Source: Reclinomonas americana ATCC 50394 (lineage: Eukaryota). From it: a DNA stretch of 64,000 nt. Shown here one piece after another: positions 49,421 to 59,700 of this stretch (position 1 is the first letter of the stretch; the number at the start of each line of letters is the position of its first letter). The stretch lies in contig PS015010.1 of NCBI GenBank assembly GCA_048213135.1, forward strand, positions 992,001-1,056,000, in the 5' to 3' direction. The notes under the pieces are model-generated. The model ran no database searches. It was not told the origin of the DNA and was given only the letters and a program-made list of their open reading frames with translations. The position numbers and the translations under genes are program-made.

Positions 49421-49885
49421 ATGAAACAAAGAATCAATGCATTTGAAAAAGGACAGAACGCGATGAGGGCTGTGTACGGACTGGGCATCTATCTTGCCAA
49501 ATCAACACTGGAACAACACCTGCTTAACCTCATCTATTTCCGCGTATCGCAGATCAATGGTTGTGCTTACTGTCTCGATATGCACTCCAAGGACCTGCGG
49601 GCGAAAGGGGAGACTGAGCAACGACTGTATATGCTGGATGCCTGGCGGGAAGCACCCCTGTACAGCGACCGCGAAAGGGCGGCGCTCGTCTGGGCGGAGG
49701 CGGTAACACGGATTCCCGGCGGACAGGTGCCTGATGACGTATACGAGGAAGCCAGTCGGCAGTTTTCGGAAACAGAACTGATCGACCTCACCATCGCTTC
49801 CATCACCATCAATAGTTATAACCGGATCAACATAGCCTTTCGTACAGAAGCCGGAGGGTACCAACCCGGGGCACATGGCGGATAA
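49421..49885 (+). CDS. Carboxymuconolactone decarboxylase/AhpD family protein
   Basis: RVSQINGCAYCLDMH, WRE..Y..RERAAL.WAEAVT, INSYNR. Confidence 0.92.
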   Translation: MKQRINAFEKGQNAMRAVYGLGIYLAKSTLEQHLLNLIYFRVSQINGCAYCLDMHSKDLRAKGETEQRLYMLDAWREAPLYSDRERAALVWAEAVTRIPGGQVPDDVYEEASRQFSETELIDLTIASITINSYNRINIAFRTEAGGYQPGAHGG

Positions 49886-49997
49886 GCCGGTAAAAGTATA
49901 GTCATGAATGCCGGCCGGTTGCTGATCAGCTGACCAGCAACCGGTGAAACGGCAAAATAAACAGGGGTGAATGCCGTGATTCATTATCTTCATAATC

Positions 49998-50561
49998 GTG
50001 AAATTTCTCCTGAAACATATTGATAGTTTTCACCGCCTGGAAGAAGAGGCGCAGCAAGCCCTGCAGGATTGTTTTGAAGAAGTTACCTTATCGAAGAACG
50101 GTCACCTGCTGCAGGAAGGACAGGTTTGCCGTCACCTGTATTTCTTAGAGAAAGGTGCTTCACGCGGATATTATTACCTCGACGGCAAGGAGATCACCCA
50201 CTGGTTTGGGTTTGAAAATGATTTCGTCACTTCTTTCCACAGCTTCATCACCGGCGAACCCGCCGTTGAGAATATCCAGTTGCTGGAAGGCAGTATTCTA
50301 TGGAGTATTTCAAAGGAGCAGTTAACGGGTTTGTTTGACCGCTACCACAACATCGAACGCCTGGTACGTATCGCTTATGAAAAGTATTACATCCGCCTGG
50401 AAGAACGTTATGTAAATGCGCAGTTCCGCACAGCAGCGGAGCGTTATGAACGATTGCTGGAGCAGGCCCCGCACATACCCGAACGTGTTCCGCTGGGGTA
50501 TATCGCCTCTTACCTGGGTATCAGCCAGGAAACGCTCAGCCGGGTACGCGGTCGTCTTTAA
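49998..50561 (+). CDS. Crp/Fnr family regulator
   Basis: cNMP-binding-like domain; IASYLGISQETLSRVR. Confidence 0.9.
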   Translation: MKFLLKHIDSFHRLEEEAQQALQDCFEEVTLSKNGHLLQEGQVCRHLYFLEKGASRGYYYLDGKEITHWFGFENDFVTSFHSFITGEPAVENIQLLEGSILWSISKEQLTGLFDRYHNIERLVRIAYEKYYIRLEERYVNAQFRTAAERYERLLEQAPHIPERVPLGYIASYLGISQETLSRVRGRL

Positions 50562-50576
50562 CATTTGTTTTTCGGG

Positions 50577-50594
50577 TTTTGACCTTTGTCAAAA
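50577..50594. promoter_or_regulatory. Crp/Fnr-type box
   Basis: TTTTGAC-cttt-GTCAAAA palindrome between Crp gene and yiaA-like gene. Confidence 0.7.
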
Positions 50595-50640
50595 GTCCTG
50601 GCCGGGCAGGTCAATAGCTTTGTTTCATAAACTCATCATT

Positions 50641-51069
50641 ATGGAACAAAAACCCGCACAACCTTCACCCGCTTTTATTGCTGCCTCCTGGGCGGCATTC
50701 TTTACCGGCACTATTGCCTTTCTTATTGGCTTGTGGAATGCCAATATGGAGCTGAATGAAAAAGGCTATTATTTTACCGTACTCATGTTCGGTCTTTTCT
50801 CTGCTGTATCCGTTCAGAAAGCAGTACGCGACCAACTGGAAGGTATCCCGGTAACCAGCATCTATTATGGCATCGCCTGGTTTTGTACACTGCTTTCCCT
50901 GCTGCTGCTCACCGTTGGTCTGTGGAATGCTGAAATTGAAAGAAGCGAAAAAGGATTCTATGCCATGTCGTTTGTACTCAGCATTTTTGCCGCCATCGCC
51001 GTACAGAAAAACACAAGGGACATGAAAGCATCGAAACCCGAACTGCCGCCGGTTAACACACAACAGTAA
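50641..51069 (+). CDS. yiaA: Inner membrane protein YiaA-like
   Basis: Duplicated GLWNA....EKG(Y/F)Y ... VQK..RD two-helix repeats. Confidence 0.85.
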   Translation: MEQKPAQPSPAFIAASWAAFFTGTIAFLIGLWNANMELNEKGYYFTVLMFGLFSAVSVQKAVRDQLEGIPVTSIYYGIAWFCTLLSLLLLTVGLWNAEIERSEKGFYAMSFVLSIFAAIAVQKNTRDMKASKPELPPVNTQQ

Positions 51070-51110
51070 GTTGGTGTCAGCATAAATGATCTGCACAAAC
51101 CGCGAAGAGG

Positions 51111-51148
51111 AGCAGGGACTGGAAATGACCGGTCCCTGTTTTAATTTT
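51111..51148 (+). terminator. Intrinsic terminator
   Basis: AGCAGGGACTGG...CCGGTCCCTGTT then T-rich tail. Confidence 0.7.
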
Positions 51149-51346
51149 CAGCAAATATAAAATTTACCTACTCCTTTCCCTCTTTCGTCTATCCGGGCTT
51201 TCTCTTTATCTATTATCATGTGATAAGGGCCAGAAGACGTTTGTCAGCACTATAATATTCGCCCGACTTATTATATTATTGTAGCAGGATGTCAACCACT
51301 ACCGTTTCTTCATTTTACATCTTAAAAAACCTAAAACCCCGTTACT

Positions 51347-51919
51347 ATGACCAGTCCCGGATTTGAAATTTACAATGACACCATCTGGCCCATGCAAATT
51401 TCCCTTAGCCAGGCAGGCCCGCTTTACTATGACCTGGTACCACCCAAAAGTTATTTCCGCAGGAGAACCGGCGCCGTATGGTTTACCATAACCAGTACCA
51501 TATCGCTCGACAACCAGCTGCACATTACAACACTGCATGCTATTATACCTATTATGAACATACTTAACTTCATGATACTGGGAACCGCCCTTGGACTTGC
51601 GGGGGCCACTGCCGCGGCCAGGGGGCTTATTCCCACACAGCTGGCGGCTGTGCTGCAAGCCGGGGGACCCGCTGCGCAAAATGCGCTGATGATAAACGGC
51701 GCCGTCCTGGGTGAACTCGATGACCGGGAGGCCAGGAGAGCACTGGCCGGCGTCTTTAACGAGAGAGCTTCCACTGTATCAAGAAGAGGAAGTTATGCCG
51801 GACGGGCATGGCCTTTCCGCCACAGGGTACACACATTCCGTATTACCGGCGGGCCTTATTTTAAAGATGCCGGCAATGGAAGAGCGGAACTGGTAAGCGC
51901 ACCGCTTTATATAGACTAA
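51347..51919 (+). CDS. Hypothetical protein with central Gly/Ala hydrophobic segment
   Basis: Stand-alone 190 aa ORF, A-rich start context, terminators on both sides. Confidence 0.7.
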   Translation: MTSPGFEIYNDTIWPMQISLSQAGPLYYDLVPPKSYFRRRTGAVWFTITSTISLDNQLHITTLHAIIPIMNILNFMILGTALGLAGATAAARGLIPTQLAAVLQAGGPAAQNALMINGAVLGELDDREARRALAGVFNERASTVSRRGSYAGRAWPFRHRVHTFRITGGPYFKDAGNGRAELVSAPLYID

Positions 51920-51941
51920 AGACAAAGCCTGAAACAAAGAC

Positions 51942-51973
51942 AAAAAATGGTGGGTTTTTACCCGCCATTTTTT
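51942..51973. terminator. Intrinsic terminator (bidirectional form)
   Basis: AAAAAATGGTGGGT...ACCCGCCATTTTTT. Confidence 0.8.
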
Positions 51974-52008
51974 ATTGGACTGACTTTTTTAAAAAAATAT
52001 CCTTTTCC

Positions 52009-52037
52009 TGTCCCAATTCTTTTCCGGTGATCGTCAT
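52009..52037 (+). promoter_or_regulatory. ECF-type promoter candidate for VOC-DGPF-sigma operon
   Basis: TGTC-N19-CGTCAT with upstream TTTTAAAAAAATAT. Confidence 0.6.
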
Positions 52038-52149
52038 ATGTGCAGGAACCTGCTGTAAGTATGATCCGGACAGTATTAAATTGATGTTAACCGGGTTGAC
52101 GGGGCCTCCGAAAGGATTTATTTTTATCACTTCTAAAATAAAAAATACA

Positions 52150-52548
52150 ATGGAAAAAATGTCAGCCAACACCAATGCACTCAATTGGTTCGAAATCCCA
52201 GCAACCGATATTGCCCGGGCGAAAAAATTTTACGAAACCCTTTTCGGTATTACCATGGATACCCAGGAAATGATGGGCATGCAAATGGCCTTCTTCCCCT
52301 TTGACATGGGTGCCGCCAATGGCAGGGTATCGGGAGCGCTGGTACAAAGCGAAATGCACAAACCTTCCCTGGATGGCGCTATTGTTTACCTCAATGCCAA
52401 CCCCGGTATACAGACCGTAATAGACAGGATTGAAGGCGCCGGCGGAAAAGTCATCATGCCGCGTACACAGATCAGTGAAGAGATCGGGTACATGGCTTTT
52501 TTTATTGACACCGAAGGCAATCGTATGGCTTTACATGCAGGTAATTAA
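52150..52548 (+). CDS. VOC/glyoxalase family protein
   Basis: LNWFEIPATDIARAKKFY...GYMAFFIDTEGNRMALH. Confidence 0.9.
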   Translation: MEKMSANTNALNWFEIPATDIARAKKFYETLFGITMDTQEMMGMQMAFFPFDMGAANGRVSGALVQSEMHKPSLDGAIVYLNANPGIQTVIDRIEGAGGKVIMPRTQISEEIGYMAFFIDTEGNRMALHAGN

Positions 52549-52574
52549 TATCTTTCATTTCTAAAACTGAATGT

Positions 52575-52919
52575 ATGTCTGAATTTCTTTTATTGTTCCG
52601 CGGGGCCGACCGGGTTAACCCGCAGGAATCGCCTGACGAATGGCAGCAACACATGGAAAAATGGATGGTGTGGATGGGAAAACTGAGTGAGGAAGGAAGG
52701 TTTGGGGGTGCACAACCACTCAAGCCCGAAGGCAGGCAGATCAAAGGCCCTTCCAAAATCGTTACCGACGGGCCTTTTATGGAGGGCAAGGAAATGGTAG
52801 GCGGCTACCTCATCTGCAAAGCAGACAGCTATGATGAAGCAGTAGAACTCGCCAAAGGCTGTCCCATACTGGAATATACCGATGGTATCGTGGAAGTCCG
52901 CGAGATCATGGAGATGTAA
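52575..52919 (+). CDS. YciI/DGPF family protein
   Basis: VTDGPFMEGKEMVGGY...A..CP...VEVREI. Confidence 0.9.
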   Translation: MSEFLLLFRGADRVNPQESPDEWQQHMEKWMVWMGKLSEEGRFGGAQPLKPEGRQIKGPSKIVTDGPFMEGKEMVGGYLICKADSYDEAVELAKGCPILEYTDGIVEVREIMEM

Positions 52920-52927
52920 TACCCACG

Positions 52928-52963
52928 ACCGGGATGACGGGTATCAACCGCATCCCGGTTTTT
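52928..52963 (+). terminator. Terminator-like hairpin between DGPF and sigma genes
   Basis: ACCGGGATG...CATCCCGGT-TTTT. Confidence 0.65.
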
Positions 52964-52970
52964 CAATCAT

Positions 52971-54251
52971 ATGAGTACACCGGAACCGGTAATGCATACG
53001 CACCAGTTTGCCGACCAGCTGTTTCGTCGGGAGGCAGGCCGTCTTGTGGCCATCATCACCCGTATCATGGGTATGGAAAACCTGGAACTCGCCGAAGATG
53101 TGGTACAGGATACGTTCTTGTCCGCCATAAAAGTGTGGCCGCTGAAAGGTGTGCCGGACAATCCATCGGCATGGCTGATGCAGGTGGCCAGGAACAAGGC
53201 TATTGATGTGATCCGGAAAAACAAGTTCTCGAAACAGGTGGATTTTTCTGACCCGGAAAGACAACTGCTGCAATCTGAATATACACTCGCCGCACAGGTA
53301 GAAAAACTCTGGAATGAGGACAGCGTGGAAGATGATCAACTGCGGATGATGTTTGCCTGTTGCCATGAAGGCATCACACCCGAGGGACAGATCACGCTGA
53401 TGCTGAAAACACTTTGCGGTTTATCCACCGCGGAAATAGCCAGGGCTTTTATGTTGCCGGAAGATACCATCTCGAAACGCCTGTACCGGGCCCGCCAGTT
53501 TTTCCGGGAAGAAAAAATAAAACCGGAGTTCCCCGACCGCGATAAACTGTACGACAGCACGGGCGCCGTACTGAAAGCCATCTACCTCATCTTTAATGAA
53601 GGTTATAATTCTGCCGGTGCGGGGGAACTGATCCGGAAAGACCTGCTGCACCAGGCCATGTACCTGTGTAAAACACTTTGTGACAACCCGTATACCGGTC
53701 AGCCCGAAGTATTCGCCGCTATGGCGCTGATGTGTTTCCATGCATCGCGTATCGACAGCAGGATCAGCGCGGAAGGGGAGATCATCCTGTTATCGCAGCA
53801 GGATCGCCGCCTGTGGAACCGGGAGTTGATCCATGAAGGCAATGGTTATATGAACAGGGCGGCGTCCGGCGATAAAGTCAGCGCTTATCATATTGAAGCG
53901 GCCATCGCTTATGAACATTGCATGGCGCCTTCTTTTGTGCAGACGAACTGGCCGCAAATATTAAGCTACTACGACATGCTGTACCAGGTTTGCCCTTCGG
54001 CGATAGTGGCCCTTAACCGGTTGATCGTGGTGAATAAGATCAGCGGTGCCGATGCCACGCTGGCCGAAATAAGCGGGTCGCATTACCGGGAAGAATGGGA
54101 GAAGCATTATCTCTATTACAGCCTGTTGGGTGATATATGGGCGCCTGCTGATGTTGCCAGGGCGATAGCATACTATCAACAATCCATCACACTCACGCAG
54201 TCGGAAGCGGAGAAGAAATTGCTGCAGAGAAAAATTGATCAGCTTTTGTAA
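52971..54251 (+). CDS. ECF sigma factor with C-terminal TPR-like extension (ECF42-like)
   Basis: AEDVVQD, P.NP.AWL..VARN.AID, DDQLRMMFACCH, YLIFNEGY, L..QDR..W; adjacent DGPF gene. Confidence 0.88.
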   Translation: MSTPEPVMHTHQFADQLFRREAGRLVAIITRIMGMENLELAEDVVQDTFLSAIKVWPLKGVPDNPSAWLMQVARNKAIDVIRKNKFSKQVDFSDPERQLLQSEYTLAAQVEKLWNEDSVEDDQLRMMFACCHEGITPEGQITLMLKTLCGLSTAEIARAFMLPEDTISKRLYRARQFFREEKIKPEFPDRDKLYDSTGAVLKAIYLIFNEGYNSAGAGELIRKDLLHQAMYLCKTLCDNPYTGQPEVFAAMALMCFHASRIDSRISAEGEIILLSQQDRRLWNRELIHEGNGYMNRAASGDKVSAYHIEAAIAYEHCMAPSFVQTNWPQILSYYDMLYQVCPSAIVALNRLIVVNKISGADATLAEISGSHYREEWEKHYLYYSLLGDIWAPADVARAIAYYQQSITLTQSEAEKKLLQRKIDQLL

Positions 54252-54360
54252 TTCAAAAATAAAAATCGAAATTTTTCAGATAGAGATGGTTCTATTCTTG
54301 TAACTACGTTCTGTTGAGAATGAATCGGTGCATCTTCATATTTGCGCATTCGCATATTTT

Positions 54361-55323
54361 TTATTTAACTTCCAAAGTCCACAAGTCATTACTGTATACA
54401 AACTCGGGTTGATTAGGCGTTCCGCCGTATTTACCGCCGGTCATCCATATTTTGTTATGGCAGATAGTGGTAGCCATACCACCTCGTGGTGTCCATGGAG
54501 CGGGAAGGTCTTTCCACTCCTTACCATTCCCGCTGTACATCACCTGGCTCAGGAACTGGCCGTTGCGGTTGCAGCCGATCAGCCATATTTTATTGTCGAA
54601 CACCTGTGCCTCGTAACCAAAAACTTCCTGTCCCTTTACAATTTCAGGAGTAAGTAATTGCCAGTCGAGCCCGTTCAGTGATATCCATACATCATTGTTG
54701 AGCAGGAAAAGCGTGTCGTTCTTTTGCACCACCTGGCTGTTGATCCTCTTCCCGAAAGGCATACTGTCTTTTTTTCGGGTCCAGTTTATGGCATCTTCTG
54801 AATTCCAGATGTCGGCATAGCGGGTGCTTTTGTCCTCACCACCTATGATCCATATCTTATCGCGAAAAACAAAGGGATGATAAAAGAAACGTCCCGGAAG
54901 ATTACTTTTTCCCGCTGTCTCTTCCCAGGTCCGCATGTCGCTGCTGCGGTAAACCGTATTGTCCTGGGTGAACCGTTCTATGTTACCTTCAAAATGTCCC
55001 AGTCCGTAAATGGCATCTTTAAAATATATATAATCGAGAAAGGCCAGGTTATTGATGGCGTTGGGTAATACAGATTTTGTCCAGTTCTTTCCATCCGCCG
55101 AAAACCAGTTTCCATCGGGGTGAAATACCCATAACGTATCCCGTACATTGAACATCTGGAAATTGTAACTCTTTTTCCAGGCGCCGCTGTCGAGGATCTT
55201 TGTCCAGTGATAAACACTGTCGCCGGAATGAGTTGTTGCGGTTGAGGAAGATGAGGGCGAAGGCCCGTTGCAAGCGGCGATGTTCCACAGTAGGGTGAGG
55301 TGTAGCAGATAACGCAAGTTCAT
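54361..55323 (-). CDS. Kelch/BNR-like beta-propeller lipoprotein
   Basis: Start trimmed to MNLRY; IAAC lipobox; repeated S.DG..W and KIW..GG motifs. Confidence 0.7.
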   Translation of the reverse strand: MNLRYLLHLTLLWNIAACNGPSPSSSSTATTHSGDSVYHWTKILDSGAWKKSYNFQMFNVRDTLWVFHPDGNWFSADGKNWTKSVLPNAINNLAFLDYIYFKDAIYGLGHFEGNIERFTQDNTVYRSSDMRTWEETAGKSNLPGRFFYHPFVFRDKIWIIGGEDKSTRYADIWNSEDAINWTRKKDSMPFGKRINSQVVQKNDTLFLLNNDVWISLNGLDWQLLTPEIVKGQEVFGYEAQVFDNKIWLIGCNRNGQFLSQVMYSGNGKEWKDLPAPWTPRGGMATTICHNKIWMTGGKYGGTPNQPEFVYSNDLWTLEVK

Positions 55324-55371
55324 TTTAATTACGAATTGGTAATTACGAATGTTATGCAGTAATTGAGGCAT

Positions 55372-55432
55372 CATATTTTCACATCCCCACATTCGCATAT
55401 CTGCATATTCACACATACTCACATCCACACAT
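55372..55432. repeat. Tandem octamer array (minus-strand ATRTGNRR, ~8 units)
   Basis: Minus strand atgtgtgg atgtgagt atgtgtga atatgcag atatgcga atgtgggg atgtgaaa, directly after LacI stop. Confidence 0.85.
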
Positions 55433-55434
55433 CC

Positions 55435-56487
55435 TCAAATCTTCACATTCTCTTTTTTCTTTACTTTTTTGGAGGAGTTCCTGGCGAATAATTCCGTTTG
55501 CAGGGTTACGGTCTCAAATTCGGTAATGGGACGTTTGCTTTCGATGAGTTTGATGAGCAGTTCGGTAGCAACCTGTCCCATTTCAAAAGCGGGTTGTTTT
55601 ACCGCGGTCAGGCTGGGTTCAATCAGTTCCACCAGTGCGGAATTGGTAAAGCCCACGAGGGCTACATCGCCGGGAATGCTGATGCCACTGGCTTTGAGCG
55701 AGCTGATACATCCCAATGTGATCTTGTCACCGGCACAGAAAACCGCATCGGGTTTTTGTTTGAGTTGCATCAGTTCCTTGATGGCATCTTCCAGTTCGGC
55801 AACAATCATACCTCCGTGGTTGCAGTATTTTATATAAGCGTCGGATACCGGCAATCCATTATCGGCCAGTGCATGTTTGTAACCGTCGAGCCGTTCACGG
55901 GTGATGGACAGGTTGGGCGCACTGCTGATGTGAGCAATGCGTTTGTAACCCGCTTTTATAAGGTGGGTGGTAGCGTCATAAGCGCCTTTATAATTGTCCA
56001 CTACAACCTTGTAGGAATCTATCGCTTCAGTCACCCGGTCGAAGAAAACAATGGGAAGACCTTTTTCATGGAGCCGCCTGAAATGTTCAATATCGAAAGT
56101 CTCTGTAGAAAGGGATACCAGCAGTCCGTCTACCGAACGGGAGGAAAGATGCTCCACGTTCACAACTTCGCGGTCATACGATTCGTGGCTTTGTGATATG
56201 ATAACATGGTAGCCGCGGTTATAGGCGATGGACTCAATACCATTAATGGCCTGGGAGAAAAAGTTATTGGCGATCTCGCACACCACCACGCCAATAGAAC
56301 GGCTCCGGCGTTCCTTCAGGCTCAGGGCGATGGGGTTGGGGCGGTAGTTGAATTTTTCGGCATATTCGATCACCAGTTTCTTCGTTTCTGGGCTGATCTC
56401 GTAACTCCCCCGCAGTGCCCGGGATACCGTTGAAGTGGAAAGGCCCAGCGCTTTGGCGATATCCTTGATCGTTATGGCTTCGTACAT
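55435..56487 (-). CDS. LacI family transcriptional regulator
   Basis: TIKDIAKALGLSTSTVSRAL, YRPN..A.SL, PIVFFDR, LTAVKQP. Confidence 0.95.
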   Translation of the reverse strand: MYEAITIKDIAKALGLSTSTVSRALRGSYEISPETKKLVIEYAEKFNYRPNPIALSLKERRSRSIGVVVCEIANNFFSQAINGIESIAYNRGYHVIISQSHESYDREVVNVEHLSSRSVDGLLVSLSTETFDIEHFRRLHEKGLPIVFFDRVTEAIDSYKVVVDNYKGAYDATTHLIKAGYKRIAHISSAPNLSITRERLDGYKHALADNGLPVSDAYIKYCNHGGMIVAELEDAIKELMQLKQKPDAVFCAGDKITLGCISSLKASGISIPGDVALVGFTNSALVELIEPSLTAVKQPAFEMGQVATELLIKLIESKRPITEFETVTLQTELFARNSSKKVKKKENVKI

Positions 56488-56599
56488 TTTTGTTGTTTGT
56501 TATTTAGACAGTTAACGCACTATCCGCTCATCCGCTGAAAACCTTTTCAAGATAGGTTTTTTCGGTAAGTCACACATTGCCAGCTTTTTTAAGATTGTT

Positions 56600-56623
56600 G
56601 CAATCGTTACCGGCAACGATTGC
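56600..56623. promoter_or_regulatory. LacI operator candidate
   Basis: Near-perfect palindrome GCAATCGTTaCCGGcAACGATTGC between divergent lacI and susC. Confidence 0.7.
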
Positions 56624-56787
56624 GTAAAAAAATCATTTCCCGGGCAAAAACTTGTTGAAAAAACTGTGTAGAATTGATGCCGGGTTCAGTACTTATCCTA
56701 AAATACGAATAAGTTTCTGAACCCGGAACGTTTGCTTAGAATCCTGTCCCCAAACTTTGATTCACTAGTCTTAACAAAAACTGCTAT

Positions 56788-59700
56788 ATGAACAAACTAC
56801 TCGTTTTTCTGGCTTTTATTTTTTTCATCCCCCTTACCATCTTTGCCCAGAACAGGGTCATTAAAGGTAAAGTGACGGATGAGGCCGGAGCTCCGCTTTC
56901 CGGTGTGACCGTACTGACAAAGGGAGCTAAAAAAGGTGTGCAGACCGACAGGAACGGTGATTTTTCCATTACTGTCAGCGGCAACAGCACCGATCTTGTG
57001 ATCTCCTCTGTAGGATTTACCAGTAAAATAGTAACCATCACCGGCACCGACGCCGGCGTTGTGCAATTACAACGCTCCGTGGTGACACAGGACGATGTGG
57101 TGGTAGTGGGTTATGCCACCGCCAAACGCAAGGACCTGACGGGTTCTATTTCCTCCGTATCTGCCAAACAGATCAAGGATATACCGCTTACCTCCGCCGC
57201 GGAAGCCCTCCAGGGCAAACTGGCGGGTGTACAGGTAGTGGCGTCCGACGGTGCGCCCGGCGCGGAACTCGTGATCCGTGTACGCGGCGGCGGCTCCATT
57301 ACACAGGATAACTCACCATTATATATAGTAGATGGTGTACAGGTAGACAATGCCTTATCGGTGATCGCTCCGCAGGATATCGCCAGCATCGACGTACTGA
57401 AAGACGCTTCCACCACTGCTATTTATGGTGCACGTGGCGCCAATGGTGTGGTAATCATCACAACCAAAGGCGGCAGGGCAGGCAAAACCATCGTTAGCTA
57501 TAATGGCTCTTTCGGCTGGAGGGAATTACCCGAGACACAGAAAGTACTGAGCGCTTACGATTTTGTTCGCTGGCAGTATGAAAGGACCAGGGGCAGTTCT
57601 GCTGATAGTACAAGTTTCGCTCAAACCTATGGTACCACCTGGGATACATTGAGTAACTACAAAAATATTCCTACCATCAACTGGCAGGAGGAAGTATTCG
57701 GCCGCAGGGCTAAATACCAGAACCATAATGTAGCCGTTAGCGGTGGTAACCAAACCACTACTTTCAACCTGAGCCTTTCGGCCAGTAAAGAAGACGGGCT
57801 GCTGCTGGAATCCGGTTACGACAGGAAACTGGCCAACTTCAAATTCGATCACCGCATCAACGAAAAGGCCAGGATGGGCTTTACCATCCGCTACCTCGAC
57901 CAGGCCGTTCGCGGAGCCGGTACCACCAACAGCGGTACCCGTACCACCAACAGGCTGAGGCACAGCATTCAATACCGTCCGTTCGAGATCAAGAATGCGC
58001 CACCGGCCGATGAATTCGACGAAGCTTATTACCAGGCCTCTAACCAGATACAAAACCCCGTTATTCTTACCCAGGCTGAATACAAACGCCAGGAGCAGCG
58101 GGGCGTATACCTCACCGGCTATGCCAGTTATAATATCCTGAAGAACCTCACTTTCAGGACCACTGTGGGTTATGATAACACGGCCATCCGCCAGGAGCAA
58201 TTCTGGAGCAAGATCACGCCAACAGCCCGTAATGCCTCCAGTCTGCCTATCGCGGCTATCGGCGAACAAAGGAATGCCACCATCAGCAATTCCAATACGC
58301 TGCAGTACAGTGTGAACAATTTCAAGAAACACCATACTTTCTCTGTGCTGATAGGACAGGAGATCGTACAGCGTGATGCCAAGTCAACATATACGGAAAC
58401 GCGTTATTTCCCGGCCGATATTACCCCGGAAAAAGCGCTCGCCAATATGGGCCTGGGTTCTGCTCCTTCAGGTGCTACCCAGCCACGTCCTTCTTCCAGT
58501 GTGAATCCGCCATACCGCCTGTTCTCTCTCTTCGGAAGGATCAGCTACGCGTATGACGATAAGTTCCTCGTTACACTGAATGACCGTAATGACCGTTCTT
58601 CTAAATTCAAATACGAGAACGGTGCGCTCAACTTCATTTCCGGCTCTGCCGCGTGGAGGTTCTCCAAACACAAGTTCATGGACGCTACCCGCAACTGGTT
58701 GTCTGACGGTAAAATCCGCTTCGGTTATGGTGCCGTGGGTAACGACCGTATCGGTGACCTGCTCTATCAGCAACTGTATGGTGTAACAGGCGAGTACGCA
58801 CTCAACCACAACATCCTCCCGGGTTTTGCACCTTCCGCGCTGGCCAATGAAGACCTGCGCTGGGAAAGGAACGTGACCATGAATGGCGGTCTCGATCTCT
58901 CTTTCCTGAAAGGAAGGATCAACCTGTCAGTTGATGTATATAAGAACACAGCAAAAAATCTCCTGCTGAGTGTGAGCATTCCGCCCACAACAGGATATGC
59001 CACCCAGCTCAATAACGTAGGCGCCACTTCCAACAGGGGCGTTGAAATCCAGGTTGGTGCCGATGTGGTGCAGAAAAAGAACTTTACCTGGACTTCCAAC
59101 TTCAACATTGGTTTCAACAGGAACAGGGTTGACAACCTCGGTGGTCTGACCCAAATAACCAAAAGCGCGGGCTGGCAGGGTTCTGATGGTGCCGATGACT
59201 ACCTGGTTCGTGTAGGCGATCCCGTTGGACAGATGTACGGCTTTGTTACCGATGGCTATTACAGCATTGATGAATTCGATTATAACGCCACTACTAAAAC
59301 CTATACACTGAAAGCAGGAGTGGTGAGCAACGTATCCTTATATGGTGCGCCTCAGCCCGGCTCGATCAAATTCAAAGATTTGAACGGCGACGGTTTTGTA
59401 ACTGTTGACGGCGACAGGCAGGTGATCGGTAATGCCAATCCCAAATTCAGCGGTGGCTGGAACAACCAGTTCACCTACAAAGGATTTGACGCCAGCATTT
59501 TCGTGAACTTTGTTTATGGCAATGATGTGTACAATGCCAATAAGATTGAATGGACAGACGGTGCTTTCCCTAACCTGAACATGCTCAACATCATGAAAGA
59601 CCGTTTCACTTATATCAACGACCAGGGCGTAAGGGTAACTGATCCTACCGAACTGGCCGCACTGAATGCCAATGCCAAAATCTGGACACCCATCCGTGCA

